The notes below the pieces were generated by a model that was not told where the DNA came from, searched no databases, and saw nothing but the letters and a program-made list of their open reading frames with translations. A stretch of 64,000 nt of DNA from Candidatus Harrisonbacteria bacterium RIFCSPHIGHO2_02_FULL_40_20 (GTDB lineage: Bacteria > Patescibacteriota > Minisyncoccia > UBA6257 > WO2-44-18), in the NCBI GenBank assembly GCA_001818675.1, contig MHJF01000006.1, positions 3,157-67,156 on the forward strand, written 5' to 3'. Position numbers and translations under genes: made by a program. Below, one piece after another: positions 36,444-45,696 of the stretch (its first letter is position 1; every line of letters begins with the position of its first letter).

Positions 36444-37241
36444 ATGTCAGTTGTTGAAGATATTGCTGAAGTAAAAAATAACGCTTCTGAAAATACCGAA
36501 GAGGCTATTAAGGATTTTCCTATTTTGGAAGAAATGGCTCAGGCCGGCGTTTTATATGGAAGAAAAAAGGCTAGTACCCATCCCAAGATGCTGGGTTTTA
36601 TTCAAGCAGTCCGTAATGGCGTAGGTATTTTTGATTTACCCCAAACTTTAGAAGCAGTTGAGAAGGCACGGGTATTTTTAAAAGATATTGTTCAAAAAGG
36701 AGGCCAAGTTCTTTTGGTGGGGACTCAACCCTCCGCGAAAGATCTTATTAAGCAGTTTTCGGAGAAATTTAATTTTCCCTACGTGATTCAGCGATGGTTG
36801 GGGGGCACTTTAACTAATTTTAAAACCCTATCTACCCGCATCAATCGTTACCTTCAATTAAAAGCTGATCGGGCAGCTGGCAAGTTAGATAAATATACTA
36901 AAAAAGAACGGTTAGATTTTGATCGGGAGATAGATCGGATGGAAAGGCTCTTTGGCGGTTTGGATAATATGCAGAAATTGCCTGACGCGGTTTTATTAGT
37001 AGACTCTAAGGTCCATATTACCGCCCTTAAAGAGGCTAGTCTTTTAAAAATTCCGGTCGTGGCTATTATTAATAGCGATAGCGATCCGGATTTAGTCCAG
37101 TATCTCATTCCTGCCAATTCCGGATCTAAAACCAGTGTTCAATGGATTCTTGCAAAATTAGAGTCTGCGATGGAGGAAGGGAAAAAGTCCGGAGTAATCG
37201 CGAATAATGCGAATGCGATTCAAAATAATGCGAATAAATAA
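36444..37241 (+). CDS. rpsB: 30S ribosomal protein S2
   Basis: ILEEMAQAGVLYGRKKASTHPKM...LLVGTQP; start taken at the ATG at 36444 (the ORF-track GTG is at 36393). Confidence 0.9.
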   Translation: MSVVEDIAEVKNNASENTEEAIKDFPILEEMAQAGVLYGRKKASTHPKMLGFIQAVRNGVGIFDLPQTLEAVEKARVFLKDIVQKGGQVLLVGTQPSAKDLIKQFSEKFNFPYVIQRWLGGTLTNFKTLSTRINRYLQLKADRAAGKLDKYTKKERLDFDREIDRMERLFGGLDNMQKLPDAVLLVDSKVHITALKEASLLKIPVVAIINSDSDPDLVQYLIPANSGSKTSVQWILAKLESAMEEGKKSGVIANNANAIQNNANK

Positions 37242-37685
37242 TTGATGAGCAGCGATGTTAAAAAATTACGGGAGGTTACTGGGGCTGGAGTGATGGAGTG
37301 TAAAAAAGCTTTTGTGGACGCCAAAGGAGATTTTGATGTCGCCATCAAATTAATTCAGGAGCGAGGCATAATTAAAGCGGAAAAAAAAGCCACTCGAGCC
37401 ACGGGCGCTGGTTTTTTGGAGTCTTATGTCCATAATGGGCGCGTAGGCGTCTTGTTAGAAATACGCTGTGAAACTGATTTTGTGGCTCATTCTGATCTTT
37501 TTAAAGATTTGGCGCATAATTTATCCATGCAAATAGCGGCGATGAATCCGGAAAATATAGATGGGCTTTTGAAACAGCCATATATTCGTGATGAAGCCCT
37601 TACTGTTGAGCAATGCATTAAGGGCGTAATTGCTAAAGTAGGAGAAAATATTAGGATAGAAAGATTTTGCCGATACGAGTTATAA
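37242..37685 (+). CDS. tsf: elongation factor Ts (short form)
   Basis: LREVTGAGVMECKKAFVDAKGDFDVAIKLIQERG UBA-like N-terminus and dimerisation core. Confidence 0.85.
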   Translation: MMSSDVKKLREVTGAGVMECKKAFVDAKGDFDVAIKLIQERGIIKAEKKATRATGAGFLESYVHNGRVGVLLEIRCETDFVAHSDLFKDLAHNLSMQIAAMNPENIDGLLKQPYIRDEALTVEQCIKGVIAKVGENIRIERFCRYEL

Positions 37686-37903
37686 GGCTTGGTTGAAAAA
37701 TTCAAGTCAAATGCGTAGTATTTTTCAATACCAAACCTTACCCCGCCCTCTATGCGCGGAGAATAAATATGTAGCTATATGAATAAACTAAATATAAAAA
37801 TAAATATCCAAAAAAGGTCCAGGTGCTTAGAGGGCGGGGTGCTCGGTTTTGTAGCTAAATTGTCTTCGCTACATACGGGCTCTAAAATTTAGACAAAAAC
37901 GGC

Positions 37904-38227
37904 ATGTATGAATTTATATTACAACTAGTTATATTTTTGAGTTTGGGCGTAATCCTTTTTATAATGGCGCGAGCGGTGCCGCGGATTCAGTCAAACTCTG
38001 AAGTTATTTCACAAGGCTCTAAATTTGATTATTTTGATCGCATTTTAGCAAAAATTCCTTTGAATAGATTGGACTTTTTAATGAATACTTTTTTAAGTAA
38101 AACTCTTCGAAGGATTAAGGTAGTGGTTTTAAAGATTGATAATTTTATTACTAATTATCTTAATAAGTTGTTGAAGAAAACTCATAATAATGGCACAATA
38201 AACGGTGGCAACGATAAGCCGGAGTAG
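37904..38227 (+). CDS. small hypothetical membrane protein
   Basis: One N-terminal TM helix. Confidence 0.4.
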   Translation: MYEFILQLVIFLSLGVILFIMARAVPRIQSNSEVISQGSKFDYFDRILAKIPLNRLDFLMNTFLSKTLRRIKVVVLKIDNFITNYLNKLLKKTHNNGTINGGNDKPE

Positions 38228-38376
38228 AGTTGGGCAAGCCCAGCACCGAATCGAGTATTTCGTTTTTTTCAACGCTGGCAACCCAATGTAATTTAAGGCT
38301 TAGAACGGGTATTATTAACTCTCAAAATATAGTAGGCAAAAACGTTTTGAGCGTTGCAATACTCGATCTGGTGACT

Positions 38377-38460
38377 GGGCAGGTGGCAGAGCGGTCAATT
38401 GCATCTCGCTGTAGACGAGACGCCTTTCAGGCTACGGGGGTTCGAATCCCTCCCTGCCCA
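38377..38460 (+). tRNA. tRNA-Tyr (anticodon GTA)
   Basis: Long variable arm, anticodon loop CTGTAGA, acceptor GGGCAGG/CCTGCCC. Confidence 0.75.
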
Positions 38461-38505
38461 TAAAAATTCCCGAAGCAGTATTTATGCTGCTTCGGGAATT
38501 TTTAT
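38461..38505. terminator. perfect palindromic bidirectional terminator aaaaattcccgaagcag...ctgcttcgggaattttt
   Basis: Read directly. Confidence 0.6.
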
Positions 38506-38557
38506 GGATGGATTCGAACCTAGTAACTCTTGATGATTTTTAGTATAATCTACTGAT

Positions 38558-38628
38558 GCCGGTGTAGCTCAATGGCAGAGCAACGCTTTTGTAAAGCGAA
38601 GACAGGTGTCCGATTCACCTCACCGGCT
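38558..38628 (+). tRNA. tRNA-Thr (anticodon TGT)
   Basis: Acceptor GCCGGTG/CACCGGC, anticodon loop TTTGTAA, T-arm AGGTG-TCCGATT-CACCT. Confidence 0.7.
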
Positions 38629-38724
38629 CCCAAGCGGCAGACCTCGCATTATGCGGGGCCTTTATGTTTTAGAAGGCTTCATAGTTGGAAAGAACTTGGT
38701 TTGTTGATTTTTTAAAATAGCAGT

Positions 38725-39321
38725 ATGATGTTATTAATGTTATCAAAAGAAAAATTACAAACGCTTTATTTTAAAAGAGGGAAATCAATGCAGGATATTG
38801 CAACAATTTTGAATTGTTCTTTAAGCAAAATTAAATATTGGATGGAAAAATATTCTCTACAAACTCGATCAATTAGTGAGGCTATTTATTTAAAACATAA
38901 TCCCGATGGAGATCCATTCCGATTTAGATACCCAAAAAATATAAAAGAAGGAGTATTGTTTGGTTTGGGTCTTGGATTGTATTGGGGAGAGGGTACTAAA
39001 GCCAATCTGAATTCAATACGTTTAGGTAACACAGATCCGCAGCTTATTAAAAAATTTATTGAATTCTTGGTTCATTTTTTTTCAATTAAAAAACGAGATT
39101 TTAAATTCGGACTGCAATTATTTAATGATATAGGGGTTTTAGAGGCTATGGACTTTTGGACAAAAAACCTTAAAATAAATAGGAGCCAGTTCTTTAAACC
39201 AACAATTACAAAATCTGGCTCCATAGGCACTTATAAAAAGAAAAGTAAGTATGGGGTCATAACGGTAATGTATCATAATAAAAAATTAAGAAATTTGCTG
39301 GTTAGTTTATTGCCAATGTAG
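38725..39321 (+). CDS. LAGLIDADG-family homing-endonuclease-like protein (single-motif type) with an N-terminal HTH
   Basis: LFGLGLGLYWGEGTK occupies the LAGLIDADG position and downstream blocks are I-CreI-like (DFKFGLQLF); the stop overlaps the first 10 nt of the intron-containing tRNA-Thr. Confidence 0.45.
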   Translation: MMLLMLSKEKLQTLYFKRGKSMQDIATILNCSLSKIKYWMEKYSLQTRSISEAIYLKHNPDGDPFRFRYPKNIKEGVLFGLGLGLYWGEGTKANLNSIRLGNTDPQLIKKFIEFLVHFFSIKKRDFKFGLQLFNDIGVLEAMDFWTKNLKINRSQFFKPTITKSGSIGTYKKKSKYGVITVMYHNKKLRNLLVSLLPM

Positions 39322-39577
39322 CTCAGCTGGTAGAGCAACTCCATGGTAGGCCGCTGGCCCTGCCCACTATGCAGGTAACCGCATAGTGAATCCTGAATAA
39401 CGGTTAAAGACCTTTCGTTAGGTTAAGACCGTGGCACGTAAAAAGGCCCGAACGACTGACAAGGGTTCGCCTAAGGCGGAAAGATACAGTCTAGCCCTTC
39501 TATAATCCGTTTAAGCTACGGAAAAATGAAGGTATAAGCGAAGGAGTAGGTCGCCGGTTCAATCCCGGCCATTGGCT
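39312..39577 (+). tRNA. tRNA-Thr (anticodon GGT) interrupted by an intron of about 193 nt (exons 39312-39347 and 39541-39577)
   Basis: 5' half GCCAATG..GCTC-AGCTGGTA-GAGC-A-ACTCC-ATGGT; 3' half AA-GGAGT-AGGTC-GCCGG-TTCAATC-CCGGC-CATTGGC-T; the acceptor and anticodon stems pair perfectly across the gap. Confidence 0.7.
39348..39540 (+). other. putative group I intron in the anticodon loop of tRNA-Thr(GGT)
   Basis: 5' exon ends in U, intron ends in G (omega-G); gccg just inside the intron can pair with the exon end UGGU to form P1; internal blocks resemble the R/S core elements (agatacagtctagccc); length is similar to the small bacterial tRNA group I introns. Confidence 0.5.
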
Positions 39578-39747
39578 CAAAAATCGCTTCGCGATTTTTA
39601 CTTTTTTGATCTAATAAAAAAGTTGAAATATCATAATTCAGTCAGTACTAAATCTTTGCGACAACACATTTCTCTTGAAATTTTTCGGACAGAAGAGTAT
39701 TCTTTATGTAGAAGAAATTAGAAGGCGGGAAAAACAGATTAATTCGT

Positions 39748-39915
39748 ATGCCATCAAAATTCAGCGCTAATTTAATCAAGTTAAAATGTTCGGTTTGTAG
39801 CCGGTTTAATTATTCTACCCGTAAGAATAAAAAATTGGTGACTCGAAAAATAGAATTTAAGAAATTTTGTAATCATTGCCGCAAACACACGATACATAAA
39901 GAATCTAAGAGATAA
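39748..39915 (+). CDS. rpmG: 50S ribosomal protein L33 (absent from the ORF track)
   Basis: MPSKFSANLIKLKCSVCSRFNYSTRKNKKLVTRKIEFKKFCNHCRKHTIHKESKR with a zinc-ribbon CxxC...CxxC, followed by a terminator hairpin. Confidence 0.8.
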   Translation: MPSKFSANLIKLKCSVCSRFNYSTRKNKKLVTRKIEFKKFCNHCRKHTIHKESKR

Positions 39916-40010
39916 AAAATCCTCTGTTATTCAGGGGATTTTTTATTATGTACAAATCATCATTTATAGGTATAATCTTTTTATCGGTTTTGTACTTTGA
40001 AAGGAGAAAA

Positions 40011-40649
40011 ATGTTTTGGTTCCAAGCAGTTGGAAATCTGTTGATGGGAATTTTAGATATGGCAGTGGGTATTTTCGTAGTATTTTTTATTGGATCATTA
40101 TATGGCCACGATGTGGGTTGGGCAGGTTATTTTTTAGGCGCGGCTTTAGGTGTATCTCCTGATATTGATCTTGTTTATCTTTTAATCCGCCGCGGCGGAT
40201 TTTCTGAAAATCATCACGAATATCTTACTCATCGTCCTATTATCGGTATTCCTGCGGCAGTTTTAATTGGCGGATTATTGGGTGGATGGTTTTGGGCGTT
40301 TATTGCTGGGATTTGCGTTTGTTGTCACTACGTACATGATACTAAAGGATTTGGGGGCGGGGGAATTGCTTGGTTCTGGCCATTTTCTAGATTTTATTAT
40401 TCCCCGTTTGGAATAGGGGATCCGGAACAGACTAAGAAAGTTAGAAATCATCATAAAGCGATTGAGCGCTTGATGCTTTCTCCTAGCCGTAAAGTGATCG
40501 TAGAGAATGCTATTGTCGCGATTTTAATTATGATTGTTGGAGGTAATCTTTGGGGTTGGCAGATTGGATTTTTATTAGCTGGCGCTTTTTGGGTCGGTAT
40601 CTTTACCATTTGGTTTTTATATTCTCGGTATGCTGTAAAAAGTTTATAA
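40011..40649 (+). CDS. membrane-bound metal-dependent hydrolase-like protein (DUF457/YdjM-like)
   Basis: Polytopic membrane protein with His-rich motifs (ENHHEYLTHRP, CHYVHD); start taken at MFWFQAV. Confidence 0.4.
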   Translation: MFWFQAVGNLLMGILDMAVGIFVVFFIGSLYGHDVGWAGYFLGAALGVSPDIDLVYLLIRRGGFSENHHEYLTHRPIIGIPAAVLIGGLLGGWFWAFIAGICVCCHYVHDTKGFGGGGIAWFWPFSRFYYSPFGIGDPEQTKKVRNHHKAIERLMLSPSRKVIVENAIVAILIMIVGGNLWGWQIGFLLAGAFWVGIFTIWFLYSRYAVKSL

Positions 40650-40712
40650 ACCAGTTTCGACTTAATGTTGAAACTGGCTTTTTTTATCAAATTTATTAGA
40701 ATCAAGAAGCAA

Positions 40713-40783
40713 GGGGGTGTCGTCCAACGGCAGGACTCTGGTCTCCAAAACCAGGTATTACGGTTCGAATCCGTACGCCCCCG
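40713..40783 (+). tRNA. tRNA-Trp (anticodon CCA)
   Basis: Acceptor GGGGGTG/CGCCCCC, anticodon loop CTCCAAA. Confidence 0.75.
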
Positions 40784-40866
40784 CAAAATTTTTCGATTCC
40801 TTCATAATTGGCAATTCTCAAATTGCGTGATAAAATTTTGACAGCGGATTTTTGAAAATTAAAAAA

Positions 40867-40924
40867 GGCTAAATCCGCCAGTTGGCGGATCGCCCGATCA
40901 AAACCTCGTTTTGATTTAGGGAGG
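40867..40924 (+). promoter_or_regulatory. 5'-UTR structured motif, copy upstream of the 40929 gene (ggctaaatccgccagttggcggatcgcccgatcaaaacctcgttttgatttagggagg)
   Basis: Matches 55349-55406 at nearly every position; ends 4 nt before the ATG and contains the Shine-Dalgarno sequence. Confidence 0.6.
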
Positions 40925-40928
40925 AAGC

Positions 40929-41894
40929 ATGAGCCGCTTTTGCCTATTATTTTTATTAACGCCATTTTTCACCTTGCTTTGTTCCTGTGTTCACTATCAG
41001 ATGGATAACCCCAGTTACGCGGGTCCAAAGCCGTTGCCTGATGAAATAGCCCAGCTATATTCCTATGAAAAACACTCGATTAAGTATATAGAAAAAATAG
41101 TAGAGGAAAGCCCGAGATATACCCTTAAAAGAGTTGAGTTTATTGCGCCAGTCAAAGTTGCGGCGATTAAAAAAACCAAGATTGAAATTGATTATTACGA
41201 TGTTAAAGAACCGAAAATCGCTCCGGTTATTTTGGTCTTGCCAATTTTAGATGGCAATAGCGCTATATCTAATTTTTACGCGAAATATTTTGCTAATAAT
41301 GGTTACGCCGTTTTAATAGTAAATCGCAACGCCACGATTTTGCAGGCAGAAAGCATTAAGGGAATTGAACTTGCCCTTAGGCAAAATGTTATAGACCTAA
41401 AACGGGTACTGGATTGGGTAGAAACTAAAAATGATTTGGATAAAAATAATATCGGGGTTTTTGGAATTAGTTTAGGCGCCATCAACAGTGCTCTGATTGC
41501 TGCGTTGGATAAACGGATTAAAGCAGCGGTTTTAGGATTAGCCGGGGGCGACTTGCCTTATATTTTAACTCATTCTCACGAAAAAACCGTTCAAGAAGGA
41601 ATCGCCCGAATTAAAGAAAAAAATCATTGGAACGACGATGTTTTTTATTGCGAACTCCGGTGCGCGATCCAAACTGATCCGATAAAATACGCCAAATATA
41701 TAGACGCGCGGAAAGTTTTAGTGGTGGTCGCATTATTGGACAACGTAATTCATACCAAAAAAGGGAAGGCGTTGATTGCGGCGATTGGTATGCCCGAACG
41801 GATCTATATCGTTAGCGGCCATTATACTGCTATTTTTTATATTTTTTATACACGAAGCAAGACTTTACAGTTCTTTAATGAACGTTTGCGATAG
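40929..41894 (+). CDS. alpha/beta-hydrolase fold esterase-like lipoprotein
   Basis: Signal peptide with Cys (FFTLLCSC); nucleophile elbow GISLG; dienelactone-hydrolase-like layout. Confidence 0.55.
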   Translation: MSRFCLLFLLTPFFTLLCSCVHYQMDNPSYAGPKPLPDEIAQLYSYEKHSIKYIEKIVEESPRYTLKRVEFIAPVKVAAIKKTKIEIDYYDVKEPKIAPVILVLPILDGNSAISNFYAKYFANNGYAVLIVNRNATILQAESIKGIELALRQNVIDLKRVLDWVETKNDLDKNNIGVFGISLGAINSALIAALDKRIKAAVLGLAGGDLPYILTHSHEKTVQEGIARIKEKNHWNDDVFYCELRCAIQTDPIKYAKYIDARKVLVVVALLDNVIHTKKGKALIAAIGMPERIYIVSGHYTAIFYIFYTRSKTLQFFNERLR

Positions 41895-42041
41895 AAACGT
41901 GGCGCCCTATTAGAAATAGGGCGCTATTTATTATTTCCTAACCAATACCACGGGCGTAAGCCCGTGGTTATTTACTTAATTGTTCCAGCTTTGCAGCCTC
42001 TTTTCGCTTATCCACAACGCTTGGTTAAGCGTTCATAACGT

Positions 42042-42052
42042 TGTGATATAAT
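42042..42052 (+). promoter_or_regulatory. extended -10 element tgtgaTATAAT, 11 nt upstream of the 42064 ATG
   Basis: Sequence match. Confidence 0.4.
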
Positions 42053-42063
42053 AAATTATAATA

Positions 42064-42303
42064 ATGTCAAAATTATTTTTTATTGCTATTGTGGTTGTCG
42101 CGTTAGTTGCGGCAGGAATTTTGTATTGGTTAAATCAGCCGGAGCCAATCAAAACTACCGGCGATGCTATTGAAGCGGTATCCGAATCGCCTCTGGCTGA
42201 CATTGGCACCGAAAGCAATCCTGGAAAGAAATTGCCGGATGTCAATCCAGTCACCCAAACCAATCCTTTTAAAGATGTTTATCAAAATCCTTTTGCTCCT
42301 TAA
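42064..42303 (+). CDS. small secreted/membrane-anchored hypothetical protein
   Basis: N-terminal TM helix, Pro-rich tail. Confidence 0.4.
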   Translation: MSKLFFIAIVVVALVAAGILYWLNQPEPIKTTGDAIEAVSESPLADIGTESNPGKKLPDVNPVTQTNPFKDVYQNPFAP

Positions 42304-44241
42304 ATGATAAAACTCAAAGTTTATTTTTCTAAAGATTTTTTAGTAACAGCTATTATTTTTTTGTTCGCGGTTTTAGCGAGCGGCTTTATTATTCAGGCAA
42401 CTTACGCTCAAGTCAGCCGGAATTCGTCCATTTCTTTTAAAAAAGACTCACAAGGGCTTTTTACTGTAACGATTAGAGATCCGCAAGGCATTAAGGAATT
42501 TTCATTACAGCCTAAGGGTAAATTTCCTTATGGCGGAGGAATTAGCCAGTGTCCGACGAGTCGGGTGATTGCCAATGTTGCTTTTGATGATCCTTTTGAT
42601 TTTACTCCAGCAATGGGCGCTTATGTTATTGATTGCCAGAACAATCAAGATGATTTGCAGATTCCGTCGCCAAAGGATGGGTTGACAGTATCGGCTCGGG
42701 TTGGAGTGGAGGCAGAGCTAAAAAAAGAATCGGTTCAAGAAGCTCCTGCTTCAGTAGCGCCGGTTAAACCAACTTCTGCTCCGGAAAAAGCGCCTTTGGC
42801 AGAAATTATTTATCCGGTAGCGGAATTGGGAAATTGCGGCACGGAATTTGAGTGTCGAGCTTATTGCGATCAGCCGGAGAATTTAAACAAGTGTGTTGCG
42901 TTTGCCGAATCTCATGGATTGATGACTAAAGAAGACGCAGATTTAGCCCGAAAGTTTAAAGACGTTGTGAAAAATGGCGGTCCTGGCGGCTGTAATTCTC
43001 AACAATCTTGCGAAGCTTACTGCAATGATATTGACCACATTGATACTTGCCTTGTTTTTGCGGAGCAACATGAAATTTTAAGCGGCAAGGAATTAGAAGA
43101 AGCTAAAAAAGTTCAGTCAGCGATTAAGCGGGGAGCGAAAATGCCCGGCAATTGCCGCAGTAAAGGCGCTTGTGAAGCTTATTGCACCAACTCCGATAAT
43201 ATGGATGAGTGTATCGCTTTTGCCAAAGAGAATGGTTTTATGACAGAAGAAGAATTAAGGGAAGTAGAAAAGTTTTTGCCATTGATGAAGAGCGGGCAAA
43301 CTCCTGGCGCTTGCAAATCTAAGACAGCTTGTGAAGCTTATTGCGAAGCAGAGGGAAATTTTGATGAATGCATTGCTTTCGCGGAGAAAGCCGGCCTGAT
43401 CTCCGATGAAGAACTTAAACATATAGATAAATTTAAAAAAGCCGGAGGCGTAGGTCCGGGCGGATGCCGCGGCCGGTCTTGCCAGACTTATTGTGAAAAG
43501 CCGGAAAATCAAAAAGCCTGTTTTGCGTGGGCAAAAGAAAACGGTTTTATTGAAGAAGCGGATTTGCGGCGGATGGAGGAAGGAAAGCAGCAGTTGAAAA
43601 AGGCGTTGGAGCAGATGCCGCCTGAAGCTAAAGAATGCGTGGATGCGATTATCGGGCCGGGCGGCTTAGAAGGCGATTTCGTTGGTGGGCCGGAAATCGG
43701 CGATCAAATTCGTGTTTGTTTTGAACAGGCATTTTCTCAATTTAGCGGTCCAGGCGGCCCTGGTGAACATGGAGGTTTTCCAGGGGGCGATTTTTCGGGT
43801 CCCGGCGGTTGTACTAGCGAAGAAGAATGCCAAGTTTATTGCCAAGAAAATCCGGATGATTGTCAGGGATTTGGTCCGCCGGGCGGCGGAGGCGGTCCAG
43901 GCGGTGGAGGATCTGGTGGTGGCGGTTTTTCCGGTCCCGGCGGCTGTAGTAATCCGACAGAATGCATGTCTTATTGCAAGGAACATTATAATGATCCTGC
44001 TTGCAGTGCTTTTGGAGGCGGTGTTGAATCCAGCTCTGTTCCTAGCCAGAATTACCAACAACAATATCAACAGTCACCGCTAGTTCCTCAATATATTCAA
44101 CCTTCTGGCGGGTCGTCATACGAAATTCCTATCACGCCGGAGCTTTGCGTTAACTTCCAAGCCGTTCCTGCTTGTTCTTATGTTGGGGCGCCAGATTCTC
44201 AAAATTATCAGCTTTGTAAAAAGTGTTATCCGGATAAATAA
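42304..44241 (+). CDS. secreted repeat protein with seven tandem 4-Cys modules (C-x5-C-x3-C-x7-9-C followed by an AFAxxxG helix), a Gly-rich linker and a Gln-rich tail
   Basis: N-terminal signal/TM; repeated CxxxxxCEAYCxxxxxxxEC(I/V)AFAxxxG units; family not recognised. Confidence 0.6.
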   Translation: MIKLKVYFSKDFLVTAIIFLFAVLASGFIIQATYAQVSRNSSISFKKDSQGLFTVTIRDPQGIKEFSLQPKGKFPYGGGISQCPTSRVIANVAFDDPFDFTPAMGAYVIDCQNNQDDLQIPSPKDGLTVSARVGVEAELKKESVQEAPASVAPVKPTSAPEKAPLAEIIYPVAELGNCGTEFECRAYCDQPENLNKCVAFAESHGLMTKEDADLARKFKDVVKNGGPGGCNSQQSCEAYCNDIDHIDTCLVFAEQHEILSGKELEEAKKVQSAIKRGAKMPGNCRSKGACEAYCTNSDNMDECIAFAKENGFMTEEELREVEKFLPLMKSGQTPGACKSKTACEAYCEAEGNFDECIAFAEKAGLISDEELKHIDKFKKAGGVGPGGCRGRSCQTYCEKPENQKACFAWAKENGFIEEADLRRMEEGKQQLKKALEQMPPEAKECVDAIIGPGGLEGDFVGGPEIGDQIRVCFEQAFSQFSGPGGPGEHGGFPGGDFSGPGGCTSEEECQVYCQENPDDCQGFGPPGGGGGPGGGGSGGGGFSGPGGCSNPTECMSYCKEHYNDPACSAFGGGVESSSVPSQNYQQQYQQSPLVPQYIQPSGGSSYEIPITPELCVNFQAVPACSYVGAPDSQNYQLCKKCYPDK

Positions 44242-44243
44242 GA

Positions 44244-44459
44244 ATGGAAAAGTTACCTACAGAACCAAGCCGTGAAAATTTAGAGTTAGAAATTAATCAG
44301 CTTTTAGAGCGATTAGATGAGTTGGGTGATTTATATAGCCCGGAATTAGCGGAACAGTGGTGGGCCGTAGAAGAAGAAGCGAGATGCGGCAAGGACCGGC
44401 AAAAAGCCAAAGAACGCCTTGGAGATTTTATAAAACTATTAGAATCGGCTAAAAGATAG
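44244..44459 (+). CDS. small acidic hypothetical protein
   Basis: 71 aa, starts 3 nt after the preceding gene. Confidence 0.4.
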   Translation: MEKLPTEPSRENLELEINQLLERLDELGDLYSPELAEQWWAVEEEARCGKDRQKAKERLGDFIKLLESAKR

Positions 44460-44540
44460 ATTATATTTTTTTGTTTAAGATATTTGGTGTAAAGAAAGAC
44501 TATTTTAACGCCGTTTTTTAATGATAATATAAGATATATA

Positions 44541-45332
44541 ATGAAATTTTTTGGAGGCGAACCTCAGCATTTAGAAACAGAAGAAAAACCTCATTCGGCA
44601 GGAGAGAATTTAGAAACTCAAAAAGAAAAAGCATTACAATCATTAGAAATAGAGCGGAGCGTTAAATTAATCGGCAATGCTAATAATAAGAGAATTAATG
44701 AGGTGTTTTTGGTAGAGTTGCATGGCGATGGCTCAGCAATATTTAAGCCGGCCAGTGGAGAAAAGTTTCCATTTGATTGGGCCGGGGAGCTTTATAAAAA
44801 TGAACGGGCGTCCTATTTGGTGGATAAATTTTTAGGATTTAATTTAGTGCCCACGACTGTTATCAGGGAAGTAAATGGGGAAATCGGCAGTATGCAGGAA
44901 TTTGTTTTTGAATCGACAGTCGGATTGGAAATTGACGATAAATTATTAAAAACTAATTATCGAGATGCTCTTAAAAAAATGTGGGTTTTTGATTATATAG
45001 TTTGGAATGGCGACAGACATGACGCAAATTTTCTTGTTAATTCGGATGGTTTACATGCTATTGATCACGGATTAACGTTTGTAAGGGAGCATATTCAACC
45101 CAGTATATATGAAGACTTTTATGACGAGTCGATGCCGGAAGATATTATTAGAAATTTGGAACAATTCTCTGATTCAGCCGAACAACAAAATCTTTTACGA
45201 CAGGCAATGTTAGAAATTTTAAATGAAAGAACAGTGGATGCTTGTTTGAAAAGAATTGAATTTATGGCCGCCATTTTAAAGAAATATAAAGGCGTAATAC
45301 CCAAATCGCTAAAGCCGTCTTTAAATTACTAA
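44541..45332 (+). CDS. atypical protein kinase with a PI3/PI4-kinase / HipA-like catalytic core
   Basis: Catalytic loop WNGDRHDANFLV and activation segment AIDHGLTF (GDRHxxN ... DxG). Confidence 0.45.
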   Translation: MKFFGGEPQHLETEEKPHSAGENLETQKEKALQSLEIERSVKLIGNANNKRINEVFLVELHGDGSAIFKPASGEKFPFDWAGELYKNERASYLVDKFLGFNLVPTTVIREVNGEIGSMQEFVFESTVGLEIDDKLLKTNYRDALKKMWVFDYIVWNGDRHDANFLVNSDGLHAIDHGLTFVREHIQPSIYEDFYDESMPEDIIRNLEQFSDSAEQQNLLRQAMLEILNERTVDACLKRIEFMAAILKKYKGVIPKSLKPSLNY

Positions 45333-45348
45333 AATTGTCTAAATTTTC

Positions 45349-45615
45349 ATGCAATTTGTAGAAATTTATAAATTAAAAACCGGCGGAGAACAAGAAGTAA
45401 TCGCGCGATGTGAAATAGGGGATGGCGGTATTGTTAAATGTTTAGGCGACAAAATTTTTGTTAGTAATTTAGAAAAAGAGGGGATTTTTGAATATTCTGA
45501 ATCCGGCAGATCAGAAACAAAACTTTTTCCTAAAGACGGATTAAAATTTTTAGAACAGTTGTCATATAATTTTAAATCTGGTTATCTAAACGCTTCGGAT
45601 ATTAAAAATATTTGA
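45349..45615 (+). CDS. hypothetical protein
   Basis: 88-aa ORF. Confidence 0.35.
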   Translation: MQFVEIYKLKTGGEQEVIARCEIGDGGIVKCLGDKIFVSNLEKEGIFEYSESGRSETKLFPKDGLKFLEQLSYNFKSGYLNASDIKNI

Positions 45616-45696
45616 CGCGACTTGTTCTTTATGGAATACTAACTCAAGAGTTAGATGCTAGTTGTTCTTTAAAATTCTTTTTTAAAGGAGGCGATC

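Noticed and set aside
38230-38463. ORF-track CDS of 77 aa
   Set aside because: Overlaps tRNA-Tyr.
38506-38521. Minus-strand GGTTCGAATCCATCC tRNA T-arm-like 16-mer
   Set aside because: Too short to distinguish from chance; it lies between a terminator and tRNA-Thr and is not counted among the tRNA fragments.
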